Assembly (NCBI GenBank): GCA_965224485.1 | Contig: CBDCZH010000012.1 | Coordinates: 1 to 60,927 of the forward strand | Direction: 5' to 3' | DNA length: 60,927 nt | From: Arcobacteraceae bacterium | GTDB taxonomy: Bacteria; Campylobacterota; Campylobacteria; Campylobacterales; Arcobacteraceae | Translations under genes and position numbers: made by a program | In this document: in pieces, positions 42,050 through 52,250 of the stretch | Numbering within the stretch: the stretch's first letter is position 1 | Layout: every line of letters starts with the position of its first letter | Notes under the pieces: model-generated | What the model saw: the letters and a program-made list of their open reading frames with translations, nothing else | Told to the model about the DNA's origin: nothing | The model's database searches: none

Positions 42050-43666
42050 ATGAAAATATTATCAAAAAACTCTTCTCTTGAAGAGTCATTAGAAAAAATG
42101 ACACAAACACTAAAAAGTGTTGGCTCAGAAATCACTTTTGCTCAAGAAAAACATCCTTTAACAAACTGTTATTCTGTAAACCTAAGCTCAAATGATGCTC
42201 CAAAACATTTGTATTCAAATGGAAAAGGTACTTGTTCACAAGCTAGTATTGTAAGTGCCCTTGGTGAATATATAGAAAGACTACAAACAAATAACTTCTT
42301 TATAGAGTTTTATATTCCTGCAAGAGATGCTTATTGTGACCAAAAAGTATTTTCATTCGATGAAGAATACTTAGATAAAGATTTGGCTAAGTTTTATAAT
42401 AAAGATAATAGCTTAGAAGCAGAAGATTTTGTTGATTATCATAGTGATTATTTTGATAAAGTAGTATCCTTGCCTTTTGTAAATTTAAATACAAAAAAAA
42501 CAGCATACTTGCCTATTAACTTAACACATAATCTGTATGTAAGTAATGGTCTAGCAACTGGAAATACTCCTAAAGAAGCACAAGTTCAATCTTTGAGTGA
42601 AATTTTTGAGAGATATGTGAAAATTGCTATTATTAAAGAAGGTTATTCCCTTCCAGCTTTTCCAAAAGAAGCTTTAAAAAACTTTTCTAAATTAAATGAA
42701 GATATTAAAGCCTTAGAAGACTTAGGTTATATTATTGAAGTATTAGATTGCTCTTTTGAAGGAAAATTTCCAGTAACTGCGATTTCTTTAATAAACCCTA
42801 AAACTTCAACACTTTTTGTATCTTTTGGAGCTCATCCTATCTTAGAAGTATCATTACAAAGAACAATGACAGAACTTATGCAAGGAAGAGATTTAAGTGA
42901 TTTATCAAGCTTTGAGCAACCTAGTTTTGATAAAGAATTAATACAAACTAATTCAAATATTGAATCACATTTTATTGATTCTAATGGAAAAATTGGTTTT
43001 GAATTTTTATCAGCTAAAAAAACATTTTCTTATACTCCTTGGGTGTATAATGGTGAAAATACAGATGAAGAATATGAGTATTTACTTAATATTGCTAAAA
43101 GAATGGAAAAAGATATTTATATAAGAGAATATAATTATCTTTGTTTTTACTCTTGTCAGATAATTGTTCCAGGTGTTTCTGAAGTTTATCCCTTAGATGA
43201 TATGATTTATAATAATACTAATGCTGGTAAATATATCAGAGATATGGTTTTAAATTTCAAAGATTATAACCCACAAGATATTTTAGATGAGTTAGAATCA
43301 TTTGATAATAACTTAAATGTTGAAAAATATATTGGTGTTATTTTTAATGAAAACTTTAGTATGTGTGATTTTAAAGTGCATTTACATTTAATGCTTGGAA
43401 ATTATGAAGAAGCAATAGAATTATTAGAAATGTCTACTGCTCCTTTAGCTTATTTATTAGGGCAATTAATTAGAATGTATTTAAATGAAACTTCGTGGGA
43501 AGATTATGAAGAAGCTTTACATAAAGTATTTACAAAAGAAAAAGTAGAACAAGCTGTTAAGATTTTTAATGGAGATGATAATTTTATTAATGTTACTTAT
43601 CACCAAGATTATTTAAATATTCTTGATTTATATGATAGATTATGGCTTAAAAAACAAAATAAATAA
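42050..43666 (+). CDS. ycaO: YcaO-family protein (standalone, E. coli YcaO type)
   Basis: SNGKG, SALGEYIERL, SNGLATGNT, SEIFER, FGAHP, TELMQGR, IIVPGVSEVYP. Confidence 0.88.
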   Translation: MKILSKNSSLEESLEKMTQTLKSVGSEITFAQEKHPLTNCYSVNLSSNDAPKHLYSNGKGTCSQASIVSALGEYIERLQTNNFFIEFYIPARDAYCDQKVFSFDEEYLDKDLAKFYNKDNSLEAEDFVDYHSDYFDKVVSLPFVNLNTKKTAYLPINLTHNLYVSNGLATGNTPKEAQVQSLSEIFERYVKIAIIKEGYSLPAFPKEALKNFSKLNEDIKALEDLGYIIEVLDCSFEGKFPVTAISLINPKTSTLFVSFGAHPILEVSLQRTMTELMQGRDLSDLSSFEQPSFDKELIQTNSNIESHFIDSNGKIGFEFLSAKKTFSYTPWVYNGENTDEEYEYLLNIAKRMEKDIYIREYNYLCFYSCQIIVPGVSEVYPLDDMIYNNTNAGKYIRDMVLNFKDYNPQDILDELESFDNNLNVEKYIGVIFNENFSMCDFKVHLHLMLGNYEEAIELLEMSTAPLAYLLGQLIRMYLNETSWEDYEEALHKVFTKEKVEQAVKIFNGDDNFINVTYHQDYLNILDLYDRLWLKKQNK

Positions 43667-43685
43667 CTCTTTTTTAAAAGTATTA

Positions 43686-43729
43686 AATTTAACTAGGAAC
43701 TTAGATATAAACTAAATCCTAGTTAATTT
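43686..43729. terminator. Hairpin between convergent ycaO and mltC
   Basis: TTAACTAGGA..TCCTAGTTAA. Confidence 0.6.
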
Positions 43730-43733
43730 ATAT

Positions 43734-44912
43734 TTATAAATTTACAAAATCTTTTTTGTAAGTAACTACTTTTTTTAAGTAATTTCTTGTTTCTTCATAG
43801 GGAAGTTTTTCTCTCAATATTTTATAAATTTCTGCTGGTGTTTTCTTATTTATTATAATTTTTGCTTTAGTTCTATTTGTTGAAAAAGTTTTTAGAACAT
43901 TACCACTTCCAGTATTATAAGCACTTATAACACAATATTCTCTTGTTATATCATTATTTATACCACTTAAGTATCTTTGTCCTAGAAGCTTTAAATAAGC
44001 ACTTCCTAGTTCTATATTATTTTGTGCGTTAAATAAATATGATTTTGAAGGAGTCCATGTTTTGTTCTTTGCATATTTATATGCATCTCTTCCAGCACTA
44101 CTTGGAACTATTTGCATTAAACCAAGAGCTCCTGCTGAACTTATGGCAAATTGATTGAAGTTACTTTCTGTTTTAATAATTGAATAAATTAAATTTTTAC
44201 TTATATTATATTTTTTTGCATATTTAGAAACAAAAGGTTTGAATTTTGCAACTCTTATACTTGCATGATCTTTTACCATAGATATTATTACATATGAAAT
44301 TTTTACATTTTTGCCATCTTTTTTAATATACTTTTCTTTAAATTTACTCTTAAGTAATATTGTAGCAAATCTATTAGCTCTCCACATATATCTAATATTT
44401 TTATTTTGATCATCTTTTACTTCACCTAATAAATAAGGCTTTTTCCCTAGTTTAATCTTTTTTGTTCCGAATAAATCAGCAGCCCTTGGATCATCTGGTA
44501 AGAGTAGGGTAGTAATAATTGCTTGTTTTAAACTATCTTTAGAGTTCTTTTCATCAATAGTTTCAATAGTTACTAAACCCTTATCAAAATCTATTAAAGC
44601 TCTACTTTTATAGTTTTGCATATATTTAACATACTCTTTTTTCTTAGGGATTTTTACATTATCTTTTCCCCAATTATCAGATATATTATCAACAAAATCT
44701 TTTAAAAATGTATCTAATGATTTTATATCAGACTTTATTCTTTTAGGATTTATTGCATATGATACTGATTTTGCTTTTGCAAGTGATTTAAAAGCACCTG
44801 TTGGGTTTTTATTAATTAATGCACTTGCAAGAGATTGCATATCACTTGAAGTACAAGAGGCAAAAAATAAACTTATAAAGATTATAAAAAATCTTCTTTT
44901 AAGAAAAATCAT
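43734..44912 (-). CDS. mltC: Membrane-bound lytic murein transglycosylase C
   Basis: Lipobox FASC; SLT motifs TESNFN, GLMQ, AYNTG, ETRNY. Confidence 0.9.
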   Translation of the reverse strand: MIFLKRRFFIIFISLFFASCTSSDMQSLASALINKNPTGAFKSLAKAKSVSYAINPKRIKSDIKSLDTFLKDFVDNISDNWGKDNVKIPKKKEYVKYMQNYKSRALIDFDKGLVTIETIDEKNSKDSLKQAIITTLLLPDDPRAADLFGTKKIKLGKKPYLLGEVKDDQNKNIRYMWRANRFATILLKSKFKEKYIKKDGKNVKISYVIISMVKDHASIRVAKFKPFVSKYAKKYNISKNLIYSIIKTESNFNQFAISSAGALGLMQIVPSSAGRDAYKYAKNKTWTPSKSYLFNAQNNIELGSAYLKLLGQRYLSGINNDITREYCVISAYNTGSGNVLKTFSTNRTKAKIIINKKTPAEIYKILREKLPYEETRNYLKKVVTYKKDFVNL

Positions 44913-45985
44913 TTAGCTGCTAAAACCCATAATTCCACTTTTTCTTTAGCTCTTGAATCACTTCTTTGTGTTCTTTTTGAAGATGCTCTTACATCACGTC
45001 TAAGATGTAAGTCTTTTCTAAATCTCTTATTATTTCTTAGCTCTTCAATTATTGGGTTAGTACTATCTTTATCAACTACTTCTGCAAGATTTGAGAATAT
45101 TAGAACTATTTTTCCATCAGGATTTAGATGTTTTGCTGCTTGTTCAAAGAAGTTAGGAAAAAGTTCTTCATCATAATACATAGCTTTATCAATACCTTCT
45201 TCTAGTTTATGTTTAGCTTCTAACCAAGGAGGATTAAAAACAATTAAATCTGCTTTAAAATCATAGTTTTCAAATAAATCACCATGATTAAGTGTTATAT
45301 TATTTTCATAACCTAAAGTTCTACTCTCTTTTGCTACTCCAATAATTGCATTTTTATTTGTATCACTTGCATGAATATTCAAAAAGCCATTTTGAATTAA
45401 TTGAAATGATAAAACACCACTTCCTACACCAATTTCTATTACTTTTTCTTTTGAACCGGTATATTTTTTTAAGTATTTATCAAATAGTTTTAAGTGATCA
45501 AAACGTGTTGGAAAGTATGTTCCATAATAAGGGTGAAGAGTTAGGTTTAGGGTTTTAATTTCAATTCCCTTTTTATACCACTGCCATGAACTATTCATTC
45601 CTTGAACTTGAGGAAAAGATATATAAAATTCGTTAATGTCTTTATATAAAAGTTCTAACCAAGGAATATCAGGTGATTTTTTAACTTGAAGTTTATTATC
45701 TTTAACTTTTAATAATAATCTATTTGAAGCTTCTCTAAATGCACTTCGATAAGCTCTTTGTCCTTTGAAACTTTTATCTGTGAATTTAAGTAAAAGATTT
45801 TTTTTAAGTTCAGCTAAAACTTGTAAACCATTACTAAAATACTCTTCAACTAAAACATATTTTCCTTCAATCATCTCAACAACTACAGCTTTTGTATCCA
45901 TTTTACGATAGAAGTTAATAGTTTGTATTTCTTCACTTATAATATCTGGTCTATCTGGTTTCATAGTTTCAAAATCTTTATTCAT
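44909..45985 (-). CDS. Class I SAM-dependent methyltransferase
   Basis: EIGVGSG, VFNPPW. Confidence 0.85.
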   Translation of the reverse strand: MNKDFETMKPDRPDIISEEIQTINFYRKMDTKAVVVEMIEGKYVLVEEYFSNGLQVLAELKKNLLLKFTDKSFKGQRAYRSAFREASNRLLLKVKDNKLQVKKSPDIPWLELLYKDINEFYISFPQVQGMNSSWQWYKKGIEIKTLNLTLHPYYGTYFPTRFDHLKLFDKYLKKYTGSKEKVIEIGVGSGVLSFQLIQNGFLNIHASDTNKNAIIGVAKESRTLGYENNITLNHGDLFENYDFKADLIVFNPPWLEAKHKLEEGIDKAMYYDEELFPNFFEQAAKHLNPDGKIVLIFSNLAEVVDKDSTNPIIEELRNNKRFRKDLHLRRDVRASSKRTQRSDSRAKEKVELWVLAAK

Positions 45986-46156
45986 ATAATTAGTCCTTTT
46001 TTATTAAGGCTTATTTTAATGTATATAGACTTATATATAGGTTTGATTAGTAGATGATTCTTTTATCAAGATGGGCTTTTAAGTTCTAGGGTAAGTAAAA
46101 TAAATTATATTTAAATTAGAAGTGAATAATTTAATGTAAAAATAGAAAGTAGTTAA

Positions 46157-46408
46157 CTACTTTCTATTTATGATAATTTTTATTAAAATATAAAAAGCTA
46201 ATAAAAATGTTATTATATTTGCAATAATAAGTGGATAACTTACTAATAAAAAGCCGTATATTATCCATATAAATACACCAATAGTGAACATAAGAAAAGT
46301 AAGAATTGATAAATCAGAAGTTTGATTTTTCTTATATACTTTAATCACTTGGGGAATAAAAGCTAGTGTTGTTAATAGAGCTGCAATAAAACCTATAATC
46401 TCTATCAT
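46157..46408 (-). CDS. SemiSWEET (PQ-loop) sugar transporter
   Basis: 83 aa, three TM helices, TTLAFIPQ, WIIYG, IIAN. Confidence 0.9.
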   Translation of the reverse strand: MIEIIGFIAALLTTLAFIPQVIKVYKKNQTSDLSILTFLMFTIGVFIWIIYGFLLVSYPLIIANIITFLLAFYILIKIIINRK

Positions 46409-47181
46409 AGATTTGTTAATTCATCTATTACTTGTGAATGTACTTTATTATTTGTTGCTACTATACATTTGTCTTTAAATATATTATATTCTTTATTATA
46501 ATTATTTGAAATTTTACCACCAGCTTCTAAAACTATTAGTATTCCTGCTGCTACATCCCAAGCATTGGTATTGATTTCATAATAAGCTTCATACTTACCT
46601 TGCGCAACCATACATAAGTCTAAAGAAGCACTTCCCATTCTTCTTATATCTTGACATTTAGGTAAAATATTTTTTAAAGTATTTATTACAAAATTTAAGT
46701 CACTTTTATTATGTGAGCTAGTGTAAGGAAATCCTGTTCCTATTAAAGAAGATTGTAATGTATTAATAGAACTAACTTCTATTTTTACTCCATTTAAATA
46801 TGCTCCTTTCTTAGCTTGTGCTGTATAGAGTTCGTTTAAAATTGGATTATATACAAGGGCTATATAAGGTTTTTTATTTTTATAAACTCCTATACTAATA
46901 CAACAATAAGGAATTTCTTTTATAAAATTACTTGTTCCATCAATTGGATCTATAATAATTAGATTATCTAACAACTCTAAATCATTTTTTGACTCTTCTG
47001 CAATAATATAAAAATCACTAAATTCTTTTGATATTTCTTTTATTAGAAATTTCTCAACAGCAATATCATAATTGGTTACAAGATCTTTTACTCCTTTGTG
47101 ATTTATTTGTTTTTTATCATTATATCCTTCTTTAAAAAGCTTAGCAGCTTCTAAAGTGATCTTTTTCATTTTCTCTAACAT
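46405..47181 (-). CDS. Inositol-monophosphatase-family phosphatase
   Basis: IAEE, IDPIDGTSNF, WDVAAG. Confidence 0.92.
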   Translation of the reverse strand: MLEKMKKITLEAAKLFKEGYNDKKQINHKGVKDLVTNYDIAVEKFLIKEISKEFSDFYIIAEESKNDLELLDNLIIIDPIDGTSNFIKEIPYCCISIGVYKNKKPYIALVYNPILNELYTAQAKKGAYLNGVKIEVSSINTLQSSLIGTGFPYTSSHNKSDLNFVINTLKNILPKCQDIRRMGSASLDLCMVAQGKYEAYYEINTNAWDVAAGILIVLEAGGKISNNYNKEYNIFKDKCIVATNNKVHSQVIDELTNL

Positions 47182-47215
47182 ATAAACTTCCTTAATATAA
47201 AAATACCTAAAACAA

Positions 47216-47947
47216 TTATAATAAAATTAATTCTTTAGGTTTTAGTACACATAGATTTGAAATACTTTGTGTTTCTTTTTTCATCTTATTTTGACAATCA
47301 TCTTGAATATGATATAAGTAAAAAGAAGCATTTAAAAACTTACTTGCTATATTTTTGCATGTATCAAAATTTGAATGTCCAGGTAAGGCAGGCTTATCAA
47401 AACTTTGAGCTTCCATTATTATACAATTCGTTCTTTTTAAAATTTCTTCAAACTCTTTTTTTAAACTTCCATCTCCACTTATTAATATACTTTTTGATTC
47501 ATGTTTAAGCCTTATTGCTCTATTTTCTACAGTATGAGCAGTTAAAAGAGTTTGATATTTAAATAAACCTAAATTTCCTTTATCTTTAGCTTCTTTTATT
47601 TCAATAAAACTATTTATAAATATTTTTTTAGGCCAAAAAGCAAAAGCTATAAGTTTCTTTAATATCTTGTGATTTTCTTTATGACTTAATATAATTAGTT
47701 TTTTTGTACGCTTCATCGTAATCATTCTATTTATAAGCATAGTAAGACCTAAAACATGATCAGGATGACAATGTGTTAAATAAATAGCATCAATGCTTAG
47801 CCACTCTTTATAACTTCTCCATAGTTCAAAAGGAACGGTAGGCCCACAATCAACTAATACTTTATAATCTTTTACTTGTACTAAGATAGAAGCATTTGTA
47901 TTTAGTTTTGAATAAGCATCTCCAACTCCTATTGCAGTTATTTGCAT
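47216..47947 (-). CDS. MBL-fold hydrolase (RNase Z-like phosphodiesterase)
   Basis: LVDCG, THCHPDH, SGD, HS, YH. Confidence 0.85.
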   Translation of the reverse strand: MQITAIGVGDAYSKLNTNASILVQVKDYKVLVDCGPTVPFELWRSYKEWLSIDAIYLTHCHPDHVLGLTMLINRMITMKRTKKLIILSHKENHKILKKLIAFAFWPKKIFINSFIEIKEAKDKGNLGLFKYQTLLTAHTVENRAIRLKHESKSILISGDGSLKKEFEEILKRTNCIIMEAQSFDKPALPGHSNFDTCKNIASKFLNASFYLYHIQDDCQNKMKKETQSISNLCVLKPKELILL

Positions 47948-49041
47948 GAGATTGTTTTCTTTTTTAAGGCAATACCTTCTTTAGTAAATAAGTGAGCTTT
48001 TTCTTCTTTAATTTTAAGACCAATTATATCTTTGCCCTTTTGTAAGAATGTTCCTTTAACATTTATCACTATTGCTTGTGATTCGTAGGTTCCATATATT
48101 AAAGTTGAACTGCCTAAGTGTTCAAGTGCATCAATTTTTATTTTAAAATCTTCATTATTTTGAACAATTCTTATATCTTCAGCTCTTATTCCAAATATTA
48201 GAGTTTTAGTAGAACTTATATTTGTTTTTTCTATATGTTTAAAGTTAAGGTTTTTCCCACAAGGTAAAGATATATCTATATTCTCTTCACTTGAATTTTT
48301 TAGAATAACATTAATAAAATTCATTTTAGGAGCACCCAAAAAAGAAGCAACAAAGATATTTTTTGGCTTTTCATAAAGCTCTAAAGGACTACCTACTTGC
48401 TCGATTTTTCCGTCTTTTAATACAACAATCCTATCAGCCATAGTCATAGCTTCAACTTGATCATGGGTTACATAAATCATAGTACTTTTTAAACTCTTAT
48501 GTAAGTTAGTAATTTGTAAACGCATCTCAACTCTAAGTTTAGCATCTAAATTTGATAAAGGTTCATCAAAAAGAAAAAGTTTGCTATTTCTAACTATTGC
48601 ACGTCCTATTGCTACTCTTTGTCTTTGTCCTCCTGATAGTTCAGCTGGTTTTCTATTTAAGTATTTTTCAAGTTGTAAAATTTCAGCAGTTTCTTTAATT
48701 CTTTTTTTTCTTTTACTCTTTGCTATTCCATCCATTTTTAAAGAGAAACCAATATTATTTTCAACACTCATGTGAGGGTATAATGCATATGATTGAAAAA
48801 CCATCGCAATTTCTCTTTTTCCAGGTGGCATTAATGTAATATCTTCATTATCTAAAATAATATTACCAGAAGAAACACTCTCTAATCCTGCAATCATTCT
48901 TAGAAGTGTTGATTTTCCACATCCTGAAGGCCCTATAAAAACTATAAATTCACCTTCTTTTATTTCTAAATTAAAATCGTCTATTATTTTTGTTTTTTTA
49001 TCATAACTCTTGTTGATTTTTTTAAATTTTATTGTATTCAT
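47938..49041 (-). CDS. Carbohydrate ABC transporter ATPase (MalK/UgpC-like)
   Basis: GPSGCGKST, VFQSYALYPHM, LSGGQRQR, DEPLSNLD. Confidence 0.93.
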   Translation of the reverse strand: MNTIKFKKINKSYDKKTKIIDDFNLEIKEGEFIVFIGPSGCGKSTLLRMIAGLESVSSGNIILDNEDITLMPPGKREIAMVFQSYALYPHMSVENNIGFSLKMDGIAKSKRKKRIKETAEILQLEKYLNRKPAELSGGQRQRVAIGRAIVRNSKLFLFDEPLSNLDAKLRVEMRLQITNLHKSLKSTMIYVTHDQVEAMTMADRIVVLKDGKIEQVGSPLELYEKPKNIFVASFLGAPKMNFINVILKNSSEENIDISLPCGKNLNFKHIEKTNISSTKTLIFGIRAEDIRIVQNNEDFKIKIDALEHLGSSTLIYGTYESQAIVINVKGTFLQKGKDIIGLKIKEEKAHLFTKEGIALKKKTISCK

Positions 49042-49045
49042 TTGT

Positions 49046-49888
49046 TTATTTTACTCCCATGGAAAAGCCACGTAATAAATATTTTTGTGCAAAAATTGCA
49101 AAAAATAATACTGGAATTGATGATAGTAGTCCTATACTCATCAAGTTCCCCCAAAATGTTTCGTTTTCTGTTATAAAGTTTGCAATATATAAAGGTAGAG
49201 TAAAGTTACTTGGTTGTTGTAAATATAATAACGCAAATAAAAACTCATTCCAACACAAAATCATAGTAAAAATTGCTGTAGCAACAATACCACCCGCACA
49301 AAGGGGTAATACAATTAAGCGCAAGCGAGAGAAAAGATTAGTATTGTCTAATATTGCAGCTTCTTCAATTTCCTTAGGTATATCTCTTATAAAACCTAAT
49401 AACATCCAAATAGCAAAAGGTAAGGTATATATTTGATAAGTAAGAACTAGTCCTATTAAATTATCTAAAAGACCTACTGTTTTTAAAAAATCATACAAAG
49501 GTAGGGCTATAACTATTGGAGGCATAAGTTTTACTAAAAGTACTAAAATAAGAAATACTAAATCTAACTTTGCTGGAAATTCATATCTTACTAGTGCATA
49601 AGAAGCCATAAATGCAAGAACAAGAGATATCCCTGTTGTGCATAGTGCAACTAATGAAGTGTTTAAAAACCGTTTAAAAAAACCATCTTGAATAACGTCT
49701 TTTATATGCTCAAGTGTCCAAGAACTTGGGAAAAATAAAGGTGTTTCAGATATATAATCTGCTGGTATTTTAAAAGCAGTTACTATCATCCATAGTACTG
49801 GAATAAGGAAAAATAGAGTGCTTATTATTATTAAAAAACCAAAGAAACTTTGGTTTAGTTTATTTTTAATTGAATGAGAAAATATCAT
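49046..49888 (-). CDS. Carbohydrate ABC permease (MalG-like)
   Basis: IPKEIEEAA, WNEFLFA. Confidence 0.92.
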   Translation of the reverse strand: MIFSHSIKNKLNQSFFGFLIIISTLFFLIPVLWMIVTAFKIPADYISETPLFFPSSWTLEHIKDVIQDGFFKRFLNTSLVALCTTGISLVLAFMASYALVRYEFPAKLDLVFLILVLLVKLMPPIVIALPLYDFLKTVGLLDNLIGLVLTYQIYTLPFAIWMLLGFIRDIPKEIEEAAILDNTNLFSRLRLIVLPLCAGGIVATAIFTMILCWNEFLFALLYLQQPSNFTLPLYIANFITENETFWGNLMSIGLLSSIPVLFFAIFAQKYLLRGFSMGVK

Positions 49889-50754
49889 TTATTTTGTTGT
49901 CCTTTTAATATATTTGCGGCATAAAGTAAACTTAAAGATAGAGCGATTATAAGCATAACTAAAGAAGCAGCAGAAGCAGGGCCAATTTCAAAAAATTTAA
50001 ATCCGTGTTTATAAACAAACATAGAAAGAGTCTCAGTAGAATTACCTGGCCCTCCACCTGTTAGTGCATAAACTTTATCAAAAAGTCTAAAAGTATCGAT
50101 TGATCTAATTAATAAGGCTAAAAACAAATGTCCTTTAATCATTGGTAAAATCACATGTATTAAAGTTTGAAACTTACTTGCTCCATCAGTTTTACAAGCA
50201 TCTAAAACATCTTTTGGAATACCTTGTAGTCCTGCTAGAACTATAAGAAAAGTAACAGGAGTCCATTGCCAAACATCAACAAGCATAATTGAATAAAGTG
50301 CAAGATCAGGATCAAATAACCATTCAATTGAATTAATACCTAATAGACCTAACCAATGGTTTAACATTCCAAAATCATAATGAAACCATGACCTCCATAT
50401 TGAGGAAACTACAAGAGTTGATAACATCATTGGATATATTACAATTGATAAAGCAATCTTTCTTCCTGGGAATTTTTCAAAAAATAGCAAAGCAAGTAAT
50501 AAACCAAGTATTACTTGAAGAAGTGATGAAATTATTGAAAAATGAATAGTAGTTTGTATACTTGAAGTAAAAAACCAATCTTCGCTTAGATCAATAAAGT
50601 TTTGTATTCCTACAAAAGTACTTTCATTTGTATTGAAGTCTAAATCAACAAAAGCATGAATCACAACCCAGCAAACGGGAAAGACTCCAAACAATAATAG
50701 TGTTAAAAAAGCTGGCAATATTAATATCGATAATTGCCTTTTGTTTTGATACAT
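49885..50754 (-). CDS. Carbohydrate ABC permease (MalF-like)
   Basis: WQWTP..LAGLQGIP..DGAS, TGGGPG. Confidence 0.92.
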   Translation of the reverse strand: MYQNKRQLSILILPAFLTLLLFGVFPVCWVVIHAFVDLDFNTNESTFVGIQNFIDLSEDWFFTSSIQTTIHFSIISSLLQVILGLLLALLFFEKFPGRKIALSIVIYPMMLSTLVVSSIWRSWFHYDFGMLNHWLGLLGINSIEWLFDPDLALYSIMLVDVWQWTPVTFLIVLAGLQGIPKDVLDACKTDGASKFQTLIHVILPMIKGHLFLALLIRSIDTFRLFDKVYALTGGGPGNSTETLSMFVYKHGFKFFEIGPASAASLVMLIIALSLSLLYAANILKGQQNK

Positions 50755-50841
50755 AAAATTCCTTATATTTTTAAGATAAATAGTGTTAGAAACATAAAAT
50801 ACTGTTTCTAAAACTATTAAATTTTTTCGAAGATGAAATAC

Positions 50842-52074
50842 TTATTTTAAGGCTTTTGCAATATCTTTAGCCGCCATTTCTAAACTTTTGTTAGCAGGTA
50901 TTTGACCAACTAATGCTAGTTGTAGATAATCACCTAAAATAGATTCTACTTTTTTCCATTCTTTAATTCTTGGTCTTTCTTTAGAATTTTGTAATGCTTC
51001 AAGTTGTTTTGGATACCATCTATATTTTTTAATAATATCTTTATCTGTATATACAGATGCTCTAGTTGGTGGTAATCCTAAATTAAGTGCAAGTGATTTT
51101 TGATTCTGTTTTGAAGTTACAAATTTTATAAAAGCTTTTGCTGTTTTTGCTTTTTTAGAATTATTTGTGATCGCTAATTGCCAAATCCCTAACATTGGTG
51201 ATGAGCTCACCAGTTCACCAGGAGCTGCTTGTATTGCCATTTTTCTAACAACTTTAGATTTTGATTCATCATCCATTGAAGGAATCCATGAAGGCCATAC
51301 TTCTATTGCAATTGCAGCTTTACTTTGTTGTATTGCATCTCTAACTTCGCTTGAATTATAAAGTTCAACTCCTCTAGGCGCATATTTTTTTAATTCTAAA
51401 AAAACAGAAAGTGCTTTCTTGGCTGCTTTAGAATTTAGAGCACTTTTACCATTTTCATCTATAACTTTTCCCCCATGAGCCCATAATATTGGAAGAAATC
51501 CTGTAACTATTGGGTTTCCTTTCGTTCCTCTAAAAACTACACCATTAACACCTTCTTCTTGAGTATTAATAGTTTTAGCTGCTTTTAAAATATCACTCCA
51601 TGAGTCTGCTTTAAGGTTGTACTTTTTAAATAAATCCTCTCTATATGCAAACATTTCAACATTTCCAACAAATGGGTAAGCATACAAACTACCTGTATTT
51701 AGAGGATAGCGAGAGATTTTAAGAGTTTTTTCAACAAAGTCTGAATTTGCTTTTCCTAAATCTTTTAACCACTTATTTCTCATAAATTCAGTAGCCCAAG
51801 TATCGTCAATCATTACTACATCATAAGCAGTTTCTTCTCCTTTAAAACCAATTACAAGTTTTTCATATAAACTTGAATAAGGTAATTTTAAAAGCTGAAT
51901 ATCCATTTTAGGATTTTGCTTTTTAAACTTTTGAATTGAATATTCAAGAGCTTTTCCATAAATACCATCTCTTCCTGCTATTACTAAATCTGATGCATTT
52001 ACAGTTACTGCTGTAAATAAAGTACTTGCAACAAGTGCTGAAAGTGTTATTTTTTTTACCAATATACTAAACAT
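50842..52074 (-). CDS. Carbohydrate ABC substrate-binding protein
   Basis: Signal peptide, YDVVMIDDTW, YREDLF; operon context. Confidence 0.9.
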   Translation of the reverse strand: MFSILVKKITLSALVASTLFTAVTVNASDLVIAGRDGIYGKALEYSIQKFKKQNPKMDIQLLKLPYSSLYEKLVIGFKGEETAYDVVMIDDTWATEFMRNKWLKDLGKANSDFVEKTLKISRYPLNTGSLYAYPFVGNVEMFAYREDLFKKYNLKADSWSDILKAAKTINTQEEGVNGVVFRGTKGNPIVTGFLPILWAHGGKVIDENGKSALNSKAAKKALSVFLELKKYAPRGVELYNSSEVRDAIQQSKAAIAIEVWPSWIPSMDDESKSKVVRKMAIQAAPGELVSSSPMLGIWQLAITNNSKKAKTAKAFIKFVTSKQNQKSLALNLGLPPTRASVYTDKDIIKKYRWYPKQLEALQNSKERPRIKEWKKVESILGDYLQLALVGQIPANKSLEMAAKDIAKALK

Positions 52075-52125
52075 TTAATTTCTCCTAATTTAATTTTTTA
52101 CGAATATTTACTAAGTCTATTCATC

Positions 52126-52143
52126 AATGAACACGTGTGCATT
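52126..52143. promoter_or_regulatory. LacI-family operator
   Basis: AATGAACACGTGTGCATT near-palindrome with central CG, about 50 bp upstream of the binding-protein gene. Confidence 0.75.
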
Positions 52144-52250
52144 TTAAAAGAAAAAAATTATTTTGTCAAGACTAAAAGTGGTTTATTACATTTTGGTTAC
52201 AATATTAAACTATATTGTATAGCTTTTAGTTATATTATGTTAGGTAATAT

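Noticed and set aside
42050..43666. YcaO as maturase for the Asn-rich peptide
   Set aside because: Standalone type among housekeeping genes, 10 kb away, no E1-like, TfuA or dehydrogenase partner
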